A stretch of DNA of 61,953 nt, filler included, from Bipalium vagum (Eukaryota), in NCBI GenBank assembly GCA_037834085.1. It is 3 parts of 3 records of this genome, joined end to end, with 100 filler letters (N's around TTAATTAATTAA, not from the genome) between each part and the next. Parts side by side here need not be neighbours in the genome. Positions count along the whole stretch, not along the records: positions 1 to 18,070 come from JBBMKC010041718.1; 2 more parts are not named here. One strand, given 5' to 3'. The translations under genes were made by a program, and so were the position numbers. The notes beneath the pieces were generated by a model. It worked only from the letters and a program-made list of their open reading frames with translations. It ran no database searches and was not told where the DNA came from. This document shows, in pieces, positions 1 through 14,635 of the stretch; position 1 is the first letter of the stretch, and each line of letters begins with the position of its first letter.

Positions 1-3000
1 ATTATTATATTATTATTTCTTTTCAGATAACTAGTTCATTGCCTGTGATCAATAATAGAAATCAGAAAATTATTGTTGTTTAAATTGAAATATTTGTGAA
101 CGATAATTTATTTATTTATAAATTATGGAATTATTATTTTATTTATTAAATTTATAAAATAAGGGTTAAATTAATTATTTATTAAAAGTGGTATTTTTTT
201 ATTTATACCCTCATTTATTGAGAAAGCTTTATTGTTAGATATGATTTACAAATTTAACATTTTATTTTCTATTACGATCTTCCTTCAATAAATTTGTAGT
301 TTAATATCCCTTCAGCGGGTTGATGTTATCGAATTTGTAATAAATACAGAGCAGATTTTGCTTCACTTCTCTCTTTGTTATTAATTGTTCGATTTTATTA
401 TTAAATTATTCACCATTTTTCTCAATTTGTTTTAAATAAACTGTGCTTTTCTTCATTGGTAAATGTTACATGTACAACTGAAAAAATAAATTAAAATTGA
501 CACATTCATAAACTGCAGTCGTAATTCGTTAAATATCGGTAGGGAATTATAAAATCATAAATAGAAAAACATTCGAAGGCATTAGTATTAAATATAAATA
601 AATTAAATATAAAAAATAAAACATTAAAAAAATATTATTAATCATTTTATTTATTTTTTACATTATTGTTAAATATATTATATAAACAAACATTGGATGA
701 TTTATATTTATATAAAATATAAAGTAAGATATCAAATAATATAAATAATAAAATCATAGATGTGAAATATTATTTTTTGTCTTCAAAATGTATGGAAAAT
801 ATTAATTACACAGTGAAATAAATTGATTTCAGATGGAATTTATGTGAGATATTCTTAATTAACCTTAATAATTGTTAAATATAGAAACTAATTCTGGCCT
901 GTTGTCTGTAACCTTAGCTCAAACTTTACTGTCTCTTCTTTTAAGTGTCTCCATATAAATGAATAAGAATAATCACACTAAGCATTACTCAATTATCACC
1001 AAAGGGAAAATCACGATGGCACTCAAATCAGATTACACCAGTATAAATAACAATGATTATCAATTTTGTCACGAATGCTAATGAAATCGATGTATATTTA
1101 ATAACAAAAAATCATCAGCGACAATTAAATGATAAATTATATTTAATAAGTCTTATTTAATAATAAAAGGAATATTATTAAAATAAAGTTAAACAAAATA
1201 GAGAATTTTTAACAAGCAATAGATAAAGAAAGAATTAAGCCTAAATAACACTATTTGTAGGCCAACCGATTCGCCTATAGTCAACCGAGAAAGATAAGAA
1301 CCATCGTATAATACGATCCCATAAGAAAAGAACATAACGAATTGAACCTTGAACAAATAGCAGTTTCCCAAATCTACAGACCAATTTGAAATCAATAAGT
1401 CTATTTTCTCGAAATCAACTCCCTAGGCAGTCTACAACGAACTCAAACTCTTATTTAAAACAGCCAACCTATTGGTCAGTCATTAAAATGAAAATTACAA
1501 TAATTAAAAATTTAAATTATGCACAATATAAAAATTCAACAATTAGAAATCATTTCTTTCCTTTCAATTTACAAAATGCCTTTTTATGGGTTTTCATAAC
1601 CTTTTACAAGTAACATATTTTATATCGTTTGGTTACTTATGCTTTTCAATCTCGAATAATTTATCTTTATTTTATATTATTTTCTTTTCCAATTCTTTAT
1701 ATTCTACATAAATCATACAAAAATATAAAATAAGAAATAATATATTAATTTATAATTATAATTTATATTAATGAGATAAAATATCAGAATTTAAAAAGAA
1801 AAAAGATTATGAATATTTTTTAGCAAATTCTGATAAAGAAATAATATTAAGTCTATAAATAGTAACAAACCACTTCCGCTTGAAGAAAGGAAATAATTAA
1901 TTTAAAAAACGAATAATTCAATAAATAAAATTAGATTTGGAACAAAAGGACAGTCACTCTGACATCCCGATTGGCAATAATTTTCATCATTGGGTCGATC
2001 AGGCTCAAAGCAAATGTGAGTTTGAGTACATATTAATGTACTTTATTTATTTTCATTGTTTTACATTGTCTTCTCTGAACAGTGCATCTTACCGGAATGC
2101 CGTATTTTGCATGTCAAGATAAGCTTAATATAATATCTCAAATATGTTTATATAACACTGAGTTATCCCGCAATTCCACAAAATTATCAGTATGTGATAA
2201 AATTATTGGGAAAATAATCAGATACCCAATACAAAAATATAAATATGTGTGGCATAAATAATCCTCAAATTTATGAGACAATATTTTAAATGGTATACTT
2301 GCCAGAAAAAATATTTCTTGGTTTAATAACTGCTGAAAGAAGAACGAGACCCTTGGATCAAGTAGTTTTTTATTTTTTTATTTCGCTCTCTCAATTTTAA
2401 TTTTAAACTTGGACGTTTATTAGTGCTGCTCAATTGAGGATCACTGAGCATAAAAGCGAATGTCTACCTTTTCATCAAGTAAAAGAACCACATAAGAATG
2501 AAATAAATAAATTTCTTGTTACTTTTGTAAATGTCATAAACGTGAATAAATGTTTAAGTTGAATTCTATCTTAGTTAATTGTTATGGAACATCCCTTCAT
2601 ACTTTCTACGCGTTAGGTCTTTTTATAATTGTCACATCGTTATCGGAATCTAGCTATAAGCCAGATTTGTAAACAAGAGATTAGCCCACACTGTGCTTTA
2701 ATTTCTGTCTTCAACCAAAATTGTGCAGAAAGCTTATGATTTGTAATACAAAACCAGGGGTCGGTGAGGTGGTTATATCATAACTTGTTATTTACCTTAA
2801 TGAGATTGTTTTTTATTATGTCATCAATTAATATTAGGTTGAGGAAAAGTATAATCGCTTTTTCATCTCACAAATCAAAAGTCGATAAGTCATTATAAAA
2901 AATATTCTATTAATCGAAATATGAACCATCTTTCTTTAACTTATATTCATAAAGTAGGCATTGTCTGTTAAATAGCGTTTTATATTATTAAAACAAACCT

Positions 3001-4678
3001 AAAATTAAATTTTAATTTAATAGAGGTTTACCTGTTTCAATATTGTTTATCAATAAATATAAAAATATTAGTCGATATTTTAAAATATTTTTGATTTAAA
3101 TTTAGTATATGAAAAAGCGACAATACTTTTCCCTCAAAGTACAAAAGACTTACTAGTGTGAACATTGTTGTGAACTTTATAGTCATAGATTCAGTTATCT
3201 TAGTCCTATTGATCTTGAGCCATTCAAGAAACTGATGTCAATTCAACGCCCCTGAACAGAAAGATGACTATAACATTATTACTGCAAAAAAATAAAACGG
3301 TTGCTGGTGTTTAAATTGAAAGTAAGTAATATAAACACTTACTTGAGAAAATAAGATTTGGTCCATAATAATAATTCTTAGATAATTACGTGTAAAAACT
3401 CAGTTGATAGGGTTATTTTTTACATTTTTGAAGGTCCACAATAGTTTCGTGTAAAATATGAAACATTATGCTCTTGGTGATACAATCTGACCTAAAAGAT
3501 ATAAATAAAGAAACATTGATAAAAATTTTAATTACTTTTCATGTTGCAGCAAACCAGTTCCGGTACTCTTTCTCACAATGGGATAATGGTGAGTACATTT
3601 CTTTCTTAGAATTCTTTTCTATAACGGTGATGAGGAAAGAAATGATCCTGTGGAAAATATCGATAATCACGGGTAATATCAATGAATAATTAAAAATAAG
3701 CAAATCTCTTAGGCACGATAGGCAGCACAATTAAAGTTTCGAATGGAGATTTACTTTTGCTAATCAAAATATGCGGATAATATTATTTATTTATAATTCT
3801 GCTTAAATTACAAAAGGCAAAATGAAACACTGGTTGCTAATGATGTTCTATTAATAGTTTGAGTGAGTGTTTGGTGTAGGTCGTCCATGGACCTTTTATA
3901 ACTGATGGTGAAGAAGTTAGAGTTTCTTCTATGGTCTCTTCGAAGAATCTATTGATAATGTCATACGACCACAGGATTTCCTTGAATTTCATTTAGCAAT
4001 CAAGTTCTGATGTCTCATGGTTTTGATATGAGGACCAAGCAGAATTTTCAAATCTTTTTTATTCACATTTTCATAATTCCTGCTCAATAATATCCCATTT
4101 ATTTATCCATCTTACATCTTTAAATTAAGTTTCAGTCAAATCACTGAGCAAGTCTTAACCTGATACCCTGTTACATTAAACCCTGTTATATTTTACATTT
4201 GGAATTGTGAATTATTAACTAATCAGGTGTTCTCTTTTAATTTATTTCTCACAACACATGTTTGGAATATTATTCAACTATTATTCTTTCATGACCATTC
4301 ACCATATAAAGCATTTGATCACCAAGAATTTTATTTATTTACTTTCTTGAAATAAATAATTTATTTTTAATATTAATAAATAATAAATATATTTTATATT
4401 TTTTTAAAATAATTCCTGTTTAAACAACATAACCTAAATCCTTGTTTAAACTTATTAATTAGTTTACTTGTTAACCATGTTACAATTGTTCTTCATATAA
4501 TTAATATAATATGATACATACGCAAACGTTCAAACAAGAATATTTTCGTTCGTATTTCATATGAACTAAGTAAAATTAATCAATATCGGCGACGTTTACC
4601 GCAAATATCAATCAATAATGAATAAAGCAGTGGTCGGTATTTATTTGGATTTTTATGAACCTCCCGTATTCAGATATA

Positions 4679-5620
4679 CTGTAGAATCCGCTCCGTGTGA
4701 TCACACTGGGATCTACTACTTTTGATAACGTTAACCGAAGGATATCAAAATTTACCACGTGTATTTACTTTTATTAATTTTATTATATCAACATAACGAA
4801 CAACATTTATTTAAAATTATTATCTTTTCCTAATATCAAATTTTATAAAACAATATTTTATTTAAAATACTCATCCAGTGTTTGTCGCGTTTCTTTACGT
4901 CTAATAATTTCCTAATAAATTATCCATATTTATAATTTTTTTGAAAGTTTTTTGCTCGATGTTGAAGACGACGGAGAAGAGTTTTTAATGCGTCTTTTAT
5001 TTGAGAATTGGTTGGCGGAGTCCCTAAATTTCTTTTTCAATTTTATCTTCATTATTTAGTGGTAATATATGCTAATCTATAACAGATTGGCAAATGTCTG
5101 ATGTTCTCGTTTTTGCTGCTGTTTGGACATCATTATAAATATCTAACCAATTTTCAAATTCCTCTTTGACATACCATCTGGTTGCTTATTCAAGATATCG
5201 CTAGAAACATGTCAATGCCTGCTTTGTTTTTTCATCAGCTTACACATTAAGTTGCGAAACCTCTAAATTAATAGCTGCACTACGATAAATCATTTTAGAT
5301 AAATTGTCACAGAACTATTAAATTCTTTGTTTTTTATTTACGAACAAATCGACACGCTTCATATTTATTTTTAAATCAAAAAATTGTAAATTGTGATAAT
5401 TTGGCTTAATATTTAAACAAATGTGATTGGTTTGTAAAAAACTTTATTATGAGATGATAAAATTTAATTTTTAATAAATTGATAGTATAAACCCAATCTT
5501 TGATTACAATAAACGGCTTTTTATTAATTAATTTATGTAGAAAAAATCGGCACAGAATATTTGTGATAGCAGTAACCGACTGATAACATTAACCTCCATC
5601 AAATTAAGCTGATTTCACTG
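4679..5620 (-). mobile_element. Decayed pogo/Tigger-type DNA transposon (internally deleted)
   Basis: Imperfect TIRs CTGTAGAATCCGCTCCGTGTGATC (4679) and revcomp CAGTGAAATCAGCTTAATTTGATG (ending 5620), TA on both sides. Minus-strand remnant ends ...EIIRRKETRQTLDEYFK*, resembling a pogo/Tigger transposase C-terminus. Confidence 0.6.
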
Positions 5621-6207
5621 TATATATCAACTTGAATTCTTAGATCATAGATTCTCCTGAAGAATCTTGTCATTCTTTAATTGTTTATTTGTTTTACAAC
5701 AAAATATAACATTATTTATACCACCATTGAAGAAAAATAGTTAATCCTGTTTAATCAAATCATCAATACGGCACCCTTGTCTAATCAGCAATACAAAATA
5801 TGGTTGCTCATGCCTTTACAAGATAAAGTGTCAATCAGTTGGAACATTTTCTTAACAATTTCTTTTCAATGAGGCCAAATTGAACAACCTTTATCAGAGT
5901 CGCTTTGGATATGTTATCTCAATGGAAATACATTTGATTCTTTACTTTTATTTGATTAATAAATGGAGAGATATTATTATCAGTATTTCTTTTTAGCTTA
6001 ACGGATATGAAAATGATTTTAGCAGTCTATCTCTTTTATTTTTACAACTTAATTCTTTGTGGAAATATTAAAAAGAATTTTCAGGGAACTGCAATTATTT
6101 TTAGTTTATTTTTATCGATAGTAATCGGGGAACGTACCCATATTATTTATGATCATAAGTTAGGAATTCCTAAAACTCTCTGTCATCTAATGCTATCTGT
6201 CAATAAA

Positions 6208-7477
6208 CAGGGTGTTTATTATGTATCTTAACATACTTTATTTTTAAATTAAAAGTTAGAAAATAAAGGTATTACTAATTTGTTTATATGGATTAAAAGT
6301 TTAATAATCCATTTAGTTAATTTTAAAATAAAATGGCTTTGCGTTTTTCGATGAAGAAAGAATTCAAATTGTTGTATGAAATTCCAAATTTGATAATTTT
6401 GAAGAAGTAATTAGGTATCAGAAAAAGAAGTTTATTACTCCACCATCAAGTAGGCAAACAATTAAAAAAATAATGAAAAAGTTTAAGAAGACTGAAAGTG
6501 TTCATGACCAAGTAAAATCCGGCCGACCTCGTTCCGTATTAATAACGAAAACAATTCAAAGAGTGAAAAAATTGGTTGAAGAATCTAGCAATTTGTCAGT
6601 TCGACAAAGTGCTAGGAAACTTGACATGACTGTAACCAGTTATTACAAGGCAATTAATGAAGCAGGCTTTCATTCATTTAAGCCGTCAACCGTAATTGAG
6701 ATATGCGATGACGACTTTGGCCGAAAAATGGAATTTTTTCAGACAATGTTGGTACAATTCCAAAATGACTCTTCTTTGGTCAAAAAGATAATATGGTAAG
6801 ACGATGCTCAATGGAGTTCTTAACAGACACAATTGCTGCTATTGGGCCTACTCTAACCCTAAAATACCAATTCTTGTTAGAAACTCTAGGGTTTGGATAA
6901 CGGTGTGGTGTGGTTTAAGTTCATAAGGTTCATTGGCCATACTTCTTCGAAGATACGGTAACTGGTGAGTCATACCTGGAGATGCTGGAAAAGTTTTTAT
7001 GGTCTAGAATAACAAGAGATCGTAAGTACTTACAACAAGATGGGGCACCTGCGAACTGTTCTCAAGAAGTCAGGAAATAGATAGACAAAAATTTCCAAAA
7101 TCGCTGGATTGGAAGACGAGGTCCATTTGAGTGGCCTCCTCGTTCGCCCGATCTAACTCCGCCAGACTTCTTCTTGTGGGGATATCTAAAACAAAATGTG
7201 TACAGAGACAGACCTCATACAATCACTGAGCTCAAAGGTAAAATCAGTCATGCTTGTAATGAAGTAAATTCCGGAATGTACCAGCGCGCATGTCTAAATG
7301 CACTGTCTCAATTAAGCCATTGCCTAACTATTAACGGCGTCAAATTATATAATTACATATTGTATTATTTTTTAAAAAAATGTTATTCAAATAAAAAAGT
7401 ATTACCTATTTTATATCTTTATTGCTTGTTAAAATATTTAAAATGAAAGTATGTTACCATACATAATAAACACCCTG
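6208..7477 (+). mobile_element. Full-length but inactivated DD41D (rosa/Visitor-type) Tc1/mariner-superfamily transposon
   Basis: TIR CAGGGTGTTTATTATGTATCTTAACATACTTT at 6208 matches the revcomp of the end at 7477 (CAGGGTGTTTATTATGTATGGTAACATACTTT), followed by TA. Transposase motifs: SGRPRS HTH, NRHNCCYW, VWCG, GPYFFE, QQDGAPA...WIGRRGPFEWPPRSPDLTPPDFFLWGYLK, with 41 residues between the 2nd and 3rd Asp. Several stops and frameshifts. Confidence 0.92.
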
Positions 7478-8949
7478 TATATTAATATCTATTTTGTATA
7501 TTGGACATCCCAATTTTTTATAATAATCCTATGCATCCTATTATTCATAAGTAAACATAAATTTTGAAAAAGAGTTCAGAATTTTTGATCACGTCATTTA
7601 CTTTAAATCCTCATCCTTGGTGAAACACCACGTCAAAAATATATTGAATTATATAGATAAGGATATGATTATTAAATATAAAAAGTTGAAAATTTCTACT
7701 ATCAAACAAAATCTTTTAACTGCTTTCCACAGCCTTTAAACCTGTGCTAAACTAATTTCAGCATATAATAATATAGATAATTTAATTATCAACTACAAAT
7801 TATACAAAGACATTGTAGAAACACTGTATTTCCTAGTGCGCGTAAACGAATGTTTACCACTGTATGTTCTTTTTATGCGAAATCAATAATTAGCAGGAAG
7901 AACGGCACGAAAATTCAACATGTATTATAAAACGCGTTCCTGAAGAAAAAGCAGACTTTCTACTTTATCGATTCCTGTATAAATGTATAAACAGTATAAA
8001 TGTGCTAAAAATGTGGATTTTTTCAAACGAGGAATCGAGAAAGCTACCTCTCTGTTGGGCAGAAGTCATACACAATGGAGAAGAATATATAGCTAATTAA
8101 CTACGGTTTTTATTATTGTAAACATGTTGTAATGAATATATGTATTTAGTTGGTTTATATACTTATTATATTATGAGCGACAGAATATACATCAACCCAA
8201 TAATTATTTTTTAAACAATTAACTTATGTTACTTTTAGTATACTCAAGATCTAACGTTATACTGTAAATTCTGACTGCTCAGTTTGCTATTTTTCGCTTT
8301 GATGAATCAAAATAACTCCCAATAATCCTCAATGAATCAAAATAATCTTTATCTTATTACCAAGTACAATCAAGACATAAACCACTACAGAACGTCAAAT
8401 TAACATCAAGTATGGTTATAAATCGGATTACTTACTCAAAAAACACAAAATCAGCCTAATGATATGTAATGTCGAATTAATTAAAGCTCAAAATTATAAA
8501 AATTATTTAAATGAGACAATACAACAATATCTTTTTGACCAGAGCGGACAACAGGTCTTAGAGCCTGTACGGTCGCTTAGAAGCTCCTTAACTAAACGGA
8601 AGAAATTGAATAATCTTTTTGCTACATGTTCTAAAAGACAGATAATTACGGTCGGTTGTCTTTGAGACTCTGGAGTAATTTGCAGCAAAGATCACCTCAA
8701 TGCTTGGGTTGATTATTTGTCAATTCTTGGTAAACTTGGAGTGGATTTTTTTAACAAAACCCCATGTTATGCAGATGACAAACGATGGTGCTTTGGAAAT
8801 GCTTGAGCTTCTCTGAAAGCCTTCGAGTGCTTGTACTGGTTAAATATTTCAGTAAAATTTGCATGAAAAATAATAAATACACTTAGTTTTTTTAAAATTA
8901 GATATTTGCACAGTAGAAACATTTATTGTCAAAAATACCTTGTAAAATC

Positions 8950-9921
8950 ACTGTAAAATCACTAATATACATTTCCAAATTGTTGGCAAAAATCAAAATA
9001 TTATTGCACGGGCCTTACAAATGAGTCCTAATAAGTCAACCAGGCACTGTAGTCTTCATTTAGGCCTTAGGCGTGGATGTCTCATTAATAATCTTCAAGA
9101 ACTGAAAATAAAACCGTACAGTCTTCTACATGAACTTTTAAAGAGGAATTTGCGGAAATCTTTATTAACCAAGGTATGGATTATCCTGAAATTTAGACCA
9201 AATATTCTGCTCTGATGTGGTTCAATATAAACTTAATGGATGCGTTAACCGTCTTAATTCTGTCTATTGGAGTTCAGAAATCCATCATATAACTATTCAG
9301 AGTCAGTGAAAAAAATCAAGCATCAATGTGTTGACTGGTATTATTTCATCTCCAGTTATAGGACCTAATTTCTTTGAAGGGACAGTAACTGATACTATTT
9401 ACCAGAACACTTTGAGAAATAAGATTGTACTGCAGTTGCAATTACGTGTTGACTTTCAAACATCTTATTTTAAACAGGTGCTCTGCATTTTCCATAGGCT
9501 GTTAGAAATTAACTGGGTGAAATTTTTAAACAAAGACGAATTGAACGTATTGGTCCCATAGAATTTCCTTGTCGTTCTCTAGATTTGACTCCGATGTACT
9601 TCAGCATTTTGAGAATTTTAAAAGATTTAGAGTAAGCAAAGAAACCTTTGATTATCTCAAACAATTCATTTCTGAAGCATTCTATGATATTGATGTAAAC
9701 AAAGATTTATTTGGTAGGATTTGTCGAAGTGTGCCTTCCAAATGTGAAGAATGTATATAAGCAGAGATCAAGCTGTTTGAAGATACACATTGATAGAACT
9801 GTGTCAAACATTAATCTGAGTATAATTTGTATAGAAAATCATCTTAAAATACTTAAAATACGTTTCTGTTATTAAATTTATTTTAACAACCGTAACTGTA
9901 TACCAACTTTTTGACCACACG
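8950..9921 (+). mobile_element. Heavily decayed DD41D-like transposon, distinct from the 6208-7477 element
   Basis: Remnants GIISSPVIGPNFFEGTVTDTIYQNTL and EFPCRSLDLTPM parallel the GPYFFE..VTG and WPPRSPDLTP motifs. The 3' end CTGTATACCAACTTTTTGACCACACG-TA looks like a TIR. Left boundary approximate. Confidence 0.7.
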
Positions 9922-12900
9922 TATTTCGCCAATATTTATATTATCAATTATATTATTTTAAATAAATAAATTCAAAGCCAGAACAATAAATAATGATTTA
10001 ATATAATGTGAGCAAAATATTTTTCCAATTTCTGTTATGTAGAAAAACTTGAAAAACTAAATTTATTCAACGTTGTTTTAATTTTCATTATAAATTTGCA
10101 AAATCAATTACTGTCTGCATAGGGAAACATTTAATGATTAAAATAAAATTTTATCGCTTAATATCTTTTTTATAATTTTAAATTACATTTTTTATTTAAA
10201 ATTATTATAAAAATTAAATTGATTAACTTTGGAAAAGTAATTTTTCACAAATTACAAATTGATTAAAATTGATAAAGTACTAAAACAAAATTAAATTAAC
10301 CAAAATTTAATTCGATTATTTTGTTATTGATTTTTGAATATTTATCAATTTATTTTTTCTTATATTTTTTATATCAAATCTAAAAATAATATTTTTTTAT
10401 TAATAATAATTTTTTTATATTAATTTAATATATTATTATTAAATAAAAAATATAAAAATAAATATTAAATATTAAACTTATTTCTCACCTGGGTTGTTTT
10501 GAGAAAATTAAAATGTGATCGTCTAGAACTCTTTTATTTAACATATGTAAAGAATAATTATTTATGCTAGCAAGAGTTAAAAATTAATGAAAACACGATT
10601 TTCTGTGTTTAATTTAAATAATTTATGACTTGAAAAAGGGAGAAAATTTTCTCCAACAAAGATTATACATATAAATATTTCATTCAATTAAGTGATTATG
10701 AAAACCCAATTATACAAAAATAATTAAATATAACATAATAATATATAATTATATATATATATATATGTTATCATTGTCTCATATGTTTTCTCATAATTTT
10801 TAGATTATGGACTTTTACGGCTGTTAGTTGAAGATTAATCGGAGGTACTGGTATTCGAACGTACAAAATTTTATTTTTAAAAAAAGTTGTTCTTCTTTCA
10901 CAAATTTAATCGTTTGCACATAAATGTGGGCCTATTATGACTTTGCTTCATCTACATTTTGGAGCAGGTCATCATCGCAGTTGTCGAGATTTGCAGACTA
11001 GCATTGATTTTGGTCGTCATCGAGATTTTCATCTTTAATTTCGTGGAGCTCGGAAAAATTTACTCATTATTTTTTTCCTTTGTCCTTTCGTTGTAACGTG
11101 CAAATAACGAGCTTTTATACTACAAATATAAATCAATTGAATCTATGAAGAGCTTTCTGTGAAACATTTATCAATAATCATTTTATAAACTTATTTTACA
11201 TTAGATTTTTATGAAATTTTAATGGTCAGCTGTTTAAGTCATGTTGACGTTTTTATTGAAAAATAAGGTTAAATTGTTAAAAATTTCAGTTAAACATTGA
11301 ATTAACAGAATTTTTAATAAATAAAATAAATCAAGTGGACTATAAAATTTGAGAACAATTGATTTATAGGCGAATTTATCACAGATGCTCCCTCAGCTCA
11401 ACTGAGATGTCTTGCATGGATCTCATTATCATTATCTGTTAGATTAACAGTAAGCTCATTACTGGAGACCGAATTTTTATGTACTAGAAATTCGTGAATT
11501 ATGTGCTAGTTTTATATCGGATTATGTGCAACACAAATTAAAACAAATACTAATCACACAAGAATTTATTTTATGCAATAACATACAGATATTGTATTAA
11601 TATATTCTGCATTTTAAAGTTCTGTGTTCGATCAGATAACATTAATTTATAGTGAGAAAAAGAACGTTCAATATCCACAGACACTAAAGGTACGTACTGT
11701 GAATATGATGCTTAGTGAGTCATCACATAAGCAACTCACGTCCTGAAGGAAGTTTCTAACTTGAACCATTGAGACTCTTGCAATGATCGAGATTTAAAGT
11801 CAATTAACCTTTAGATAAAAGTTGGGTTCAAATATAATTATTTTTCATTTATCAAGAAAGTGAATAATAATAAATCAAATACTCAAACCACTAAAACAAA
11901 ATTTTTATCTTTATTTTATCGAAGGTTTCAAACAAGACAGCCTCTTAATAAATAATAAATTGAAAAAATTACTTTAATTTTATTTCTATAATTGTCTCTT
12001 TACATTGGATTCTTGATAATTCATATGAATTAATTCCGGAGTTGAAAAAGTAAAGCGCTAAGTGAAAATGTTGTTTGTAAAGAAAGAAAAGAAAAAATAC
12101 ATTTTTGTGGTAATATACCACTTTTGTAATAACAAAAAAAATCATTACTAATCTGGAAATCGAAACCGGTTATAAATTCACAAACGGAGAAAATAGAAAT
12201 GAATAACTGATAAATATAATGTTTTTTAATTATCATTTATTTTAATTTAAAAGATAACAATTTTTAAAAGATTTTATTCTATAGAAAATATTTCAGAAAT
12301 ATTTGAAAATTATGTCAAAATGTTTTATAAAAATAATCTTCATTCGATAAATCTGTAAATCAATAATAAAAAGTCATGTGATATCATTTGAAGATAATTG
12401 ATTAGAATATTAAAATTGACTGAAGAAATGGTGTAAATATTTTGTTATGATTAACGAAAATGAATTTTCCTAAAAGAACATTTAAAAATTAAAATATATA
12501 AAAATAGTAATTATATAATTAATATTATTATCACATTCATATCACAAAATATATTACATAGATATTTTCTAATTATTTTTCTTTTCTCATTAACACATTT
12601 TATACTAAATATTAAATATAATAAAAATATTATTATTTTGTTATTCTAATTGAAAATAGAATTTAAAAGAAATAGAATACTCTCAGTAAAATAAAAACCA
12701 TCTAGTCTAAAGATGGAGAATGGTAATTTTTTTTCATCAGACTTGAAAAATAGAAATAATTTCCAGGTTAATTATTTATTATAATATATTATAATTAATA
12801 AGAAACCAATATGTAGATATAAGTGGAATGAAGCTCCTAGACTATAAAAGATGATAATCTCTTTAAGAATGCATAATATATAAATCTCTTCATGAAAATT

Positions 12901-13207
12901 TCCTAATATTTCATTATAATCTATGCTTAAATAATTCTCTATATATTTCAGTGAATTATATATTATACTTTATTATTATGTATTATAATATTTTAGTCAT
13001 TTTTAAAAATTCAAAAGTGAGTTTTAGAAATTAAAGAGAAAGTGAAACATCTTGATATGTAAAAGATATAATTATTTAATTATTTATATTTTTACGAAGA
13101 TATATGATAGATAATTTAAATAGAGATATTGTTATATTTTTCAAATAAACACATTTTATAAAATTTACACAAAATCAATTTATTTGCGGATATTTTAAAT
13201 TAAACTA

Positions 13208-13835
13208 TGGAATTTATTGATAAAGATGTACATTATTGGCATCTGGTATATGGAAAAGGTGTCATAAACGAGCGGATAGTTCAGAATGGTTTGAAAAACT
13301 TAAGAATGGTAAATTCACACTACAAGACTAAATACGTTCTGGGCGACCTACTGACTTTGACGAGGACCATTTAAACGCACTTTTAAAACAAATGGACGAC
13401 AAAGCACTTTAAAATGAATGGCAATCTGTCGTCACTTAAAATCAATGGGGAAAGTTCAAAAGATGGGAGTGTGGATACCGGATGAGTTGTCAGAAAACAT
13501 AAAACATCAATGCCTCACAATTGAAGCAGATTTGCTTACGCGTCATGGTGACACTTATTTTAGATTTCTCCATAAGATTGCCACTGGAGACAAAAAGTGG
13601 TGTCCATATGTAAATTGCTGGAAAAAAAACGGTGGGTAAGCAGGAGCGAATCAGCAACGTGTCAAGTTAAGAAAGATCTTCGTGTTCGCAAGACAATGAT
13701 CAGTGTGGGATGTGACTGGAAGGGTCTCAATTATTTTGATATGGTACCACATAATTGCACAATCAACCAGCAACTCTACGTAGACATATTGTATCGATTG
13801 AACCAAGTGTTTCAAGAGAAACGACTTAATCCCCA
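13208..13835 (+). mobile_element. Mariner transposase fragment (HTH to first catalytic Asp region), 3'-truncated
   Basis: RSGRPTDFDED, HLKSMGKVQKMGVWIPDEL (WVPHEL motif), IATGDKKW (TGDEKW), KTMISVGCDWKG. Frameshifted. Confidence 0.85.
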
Positions 13836-14430
13836 AGGGTAATTTCCCCTTGACTAATTAAACGCTTTATTAGATTTTTATCTTCTATATTAATGTTTTT
13901 CTCCAATTTTTTTATCAGTTTATTGATTAATTGTTCATCTCTAATTGTAATTAGTATGACCCTTTTTATGTTAACACAACGAAGTATAGTATTAACTTTC
14001 TCTAAATACTGTTTGTTATTTAGGATTACGAAGCCATGTCTTTTATCAAACTTTTTAATATTTAAATATTTTTTGTACAATTTTTTTTATTACTTCCTCT
14101 TTTTTATTCTTGTTTGTTATTTTTAATATCTCTGTTGCTCTCTTTATCATTTTAATTTTATCTTTTTAAAGTTTTTCATCTAACTGCGAGTCTACATCTC
14201 TGTATTATTACATCTTTGCATATTTTCTCCATTTTTGCTTTGAATGTGATGGGATTAATGTTTGATTTAATTCCGTAATTCGGTCACTATTTCAGCACTT
14301 CTATCTCTTCATTCGTTAATTTGCAGTCTGTTTTCTCTATTAAAATCACGATGGACTTTAAAAATAATTAATTCTTTGAGTTTTTTCAGATATATTTTTC
14401 TCATTTCTTTGATTTTAAATTCTGATTCAC
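13836..14430 (-). mobile_element. Penelope-like retroelement fragment (N-terminal pre-RT region)
   Basis: ORF 13826-14080 contains IKKFDKRHGFVILNNKQYLEKVNTIL, matching the PLE (K/P)ADKGN..VI...Y..K motif. The upstream remnant LTNEEIEVLK..PNYGI resembles the PLE L...E..L..G.NF motif. Directly abuts the mariner fragment. Confidence 0.65.
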
Positions 14431-14635
14431 AGATTATGTAATGAACAAAAATAATGAACCACTTAATGTCAATTAAATTAGAAAACAATCAATCAATATT
14501 AAACGTCGAATTCACCTTCAAATTAAAGGCAAATCCCCTAAAATATACCATTTTACTTGTTTAAATAATAATTTTAAAGTAGTTTTTATTTTTAAACATA
14601 CTTTTAGCATTACTTTTAACTTCATTTTTAGAAAA

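Noticed and set aside
1500-1560. KNSTIRNHFF as the missing forkhead NSIRHN exon
   Set aside because: Wrong strand, different contig and no further forkhead similarity.
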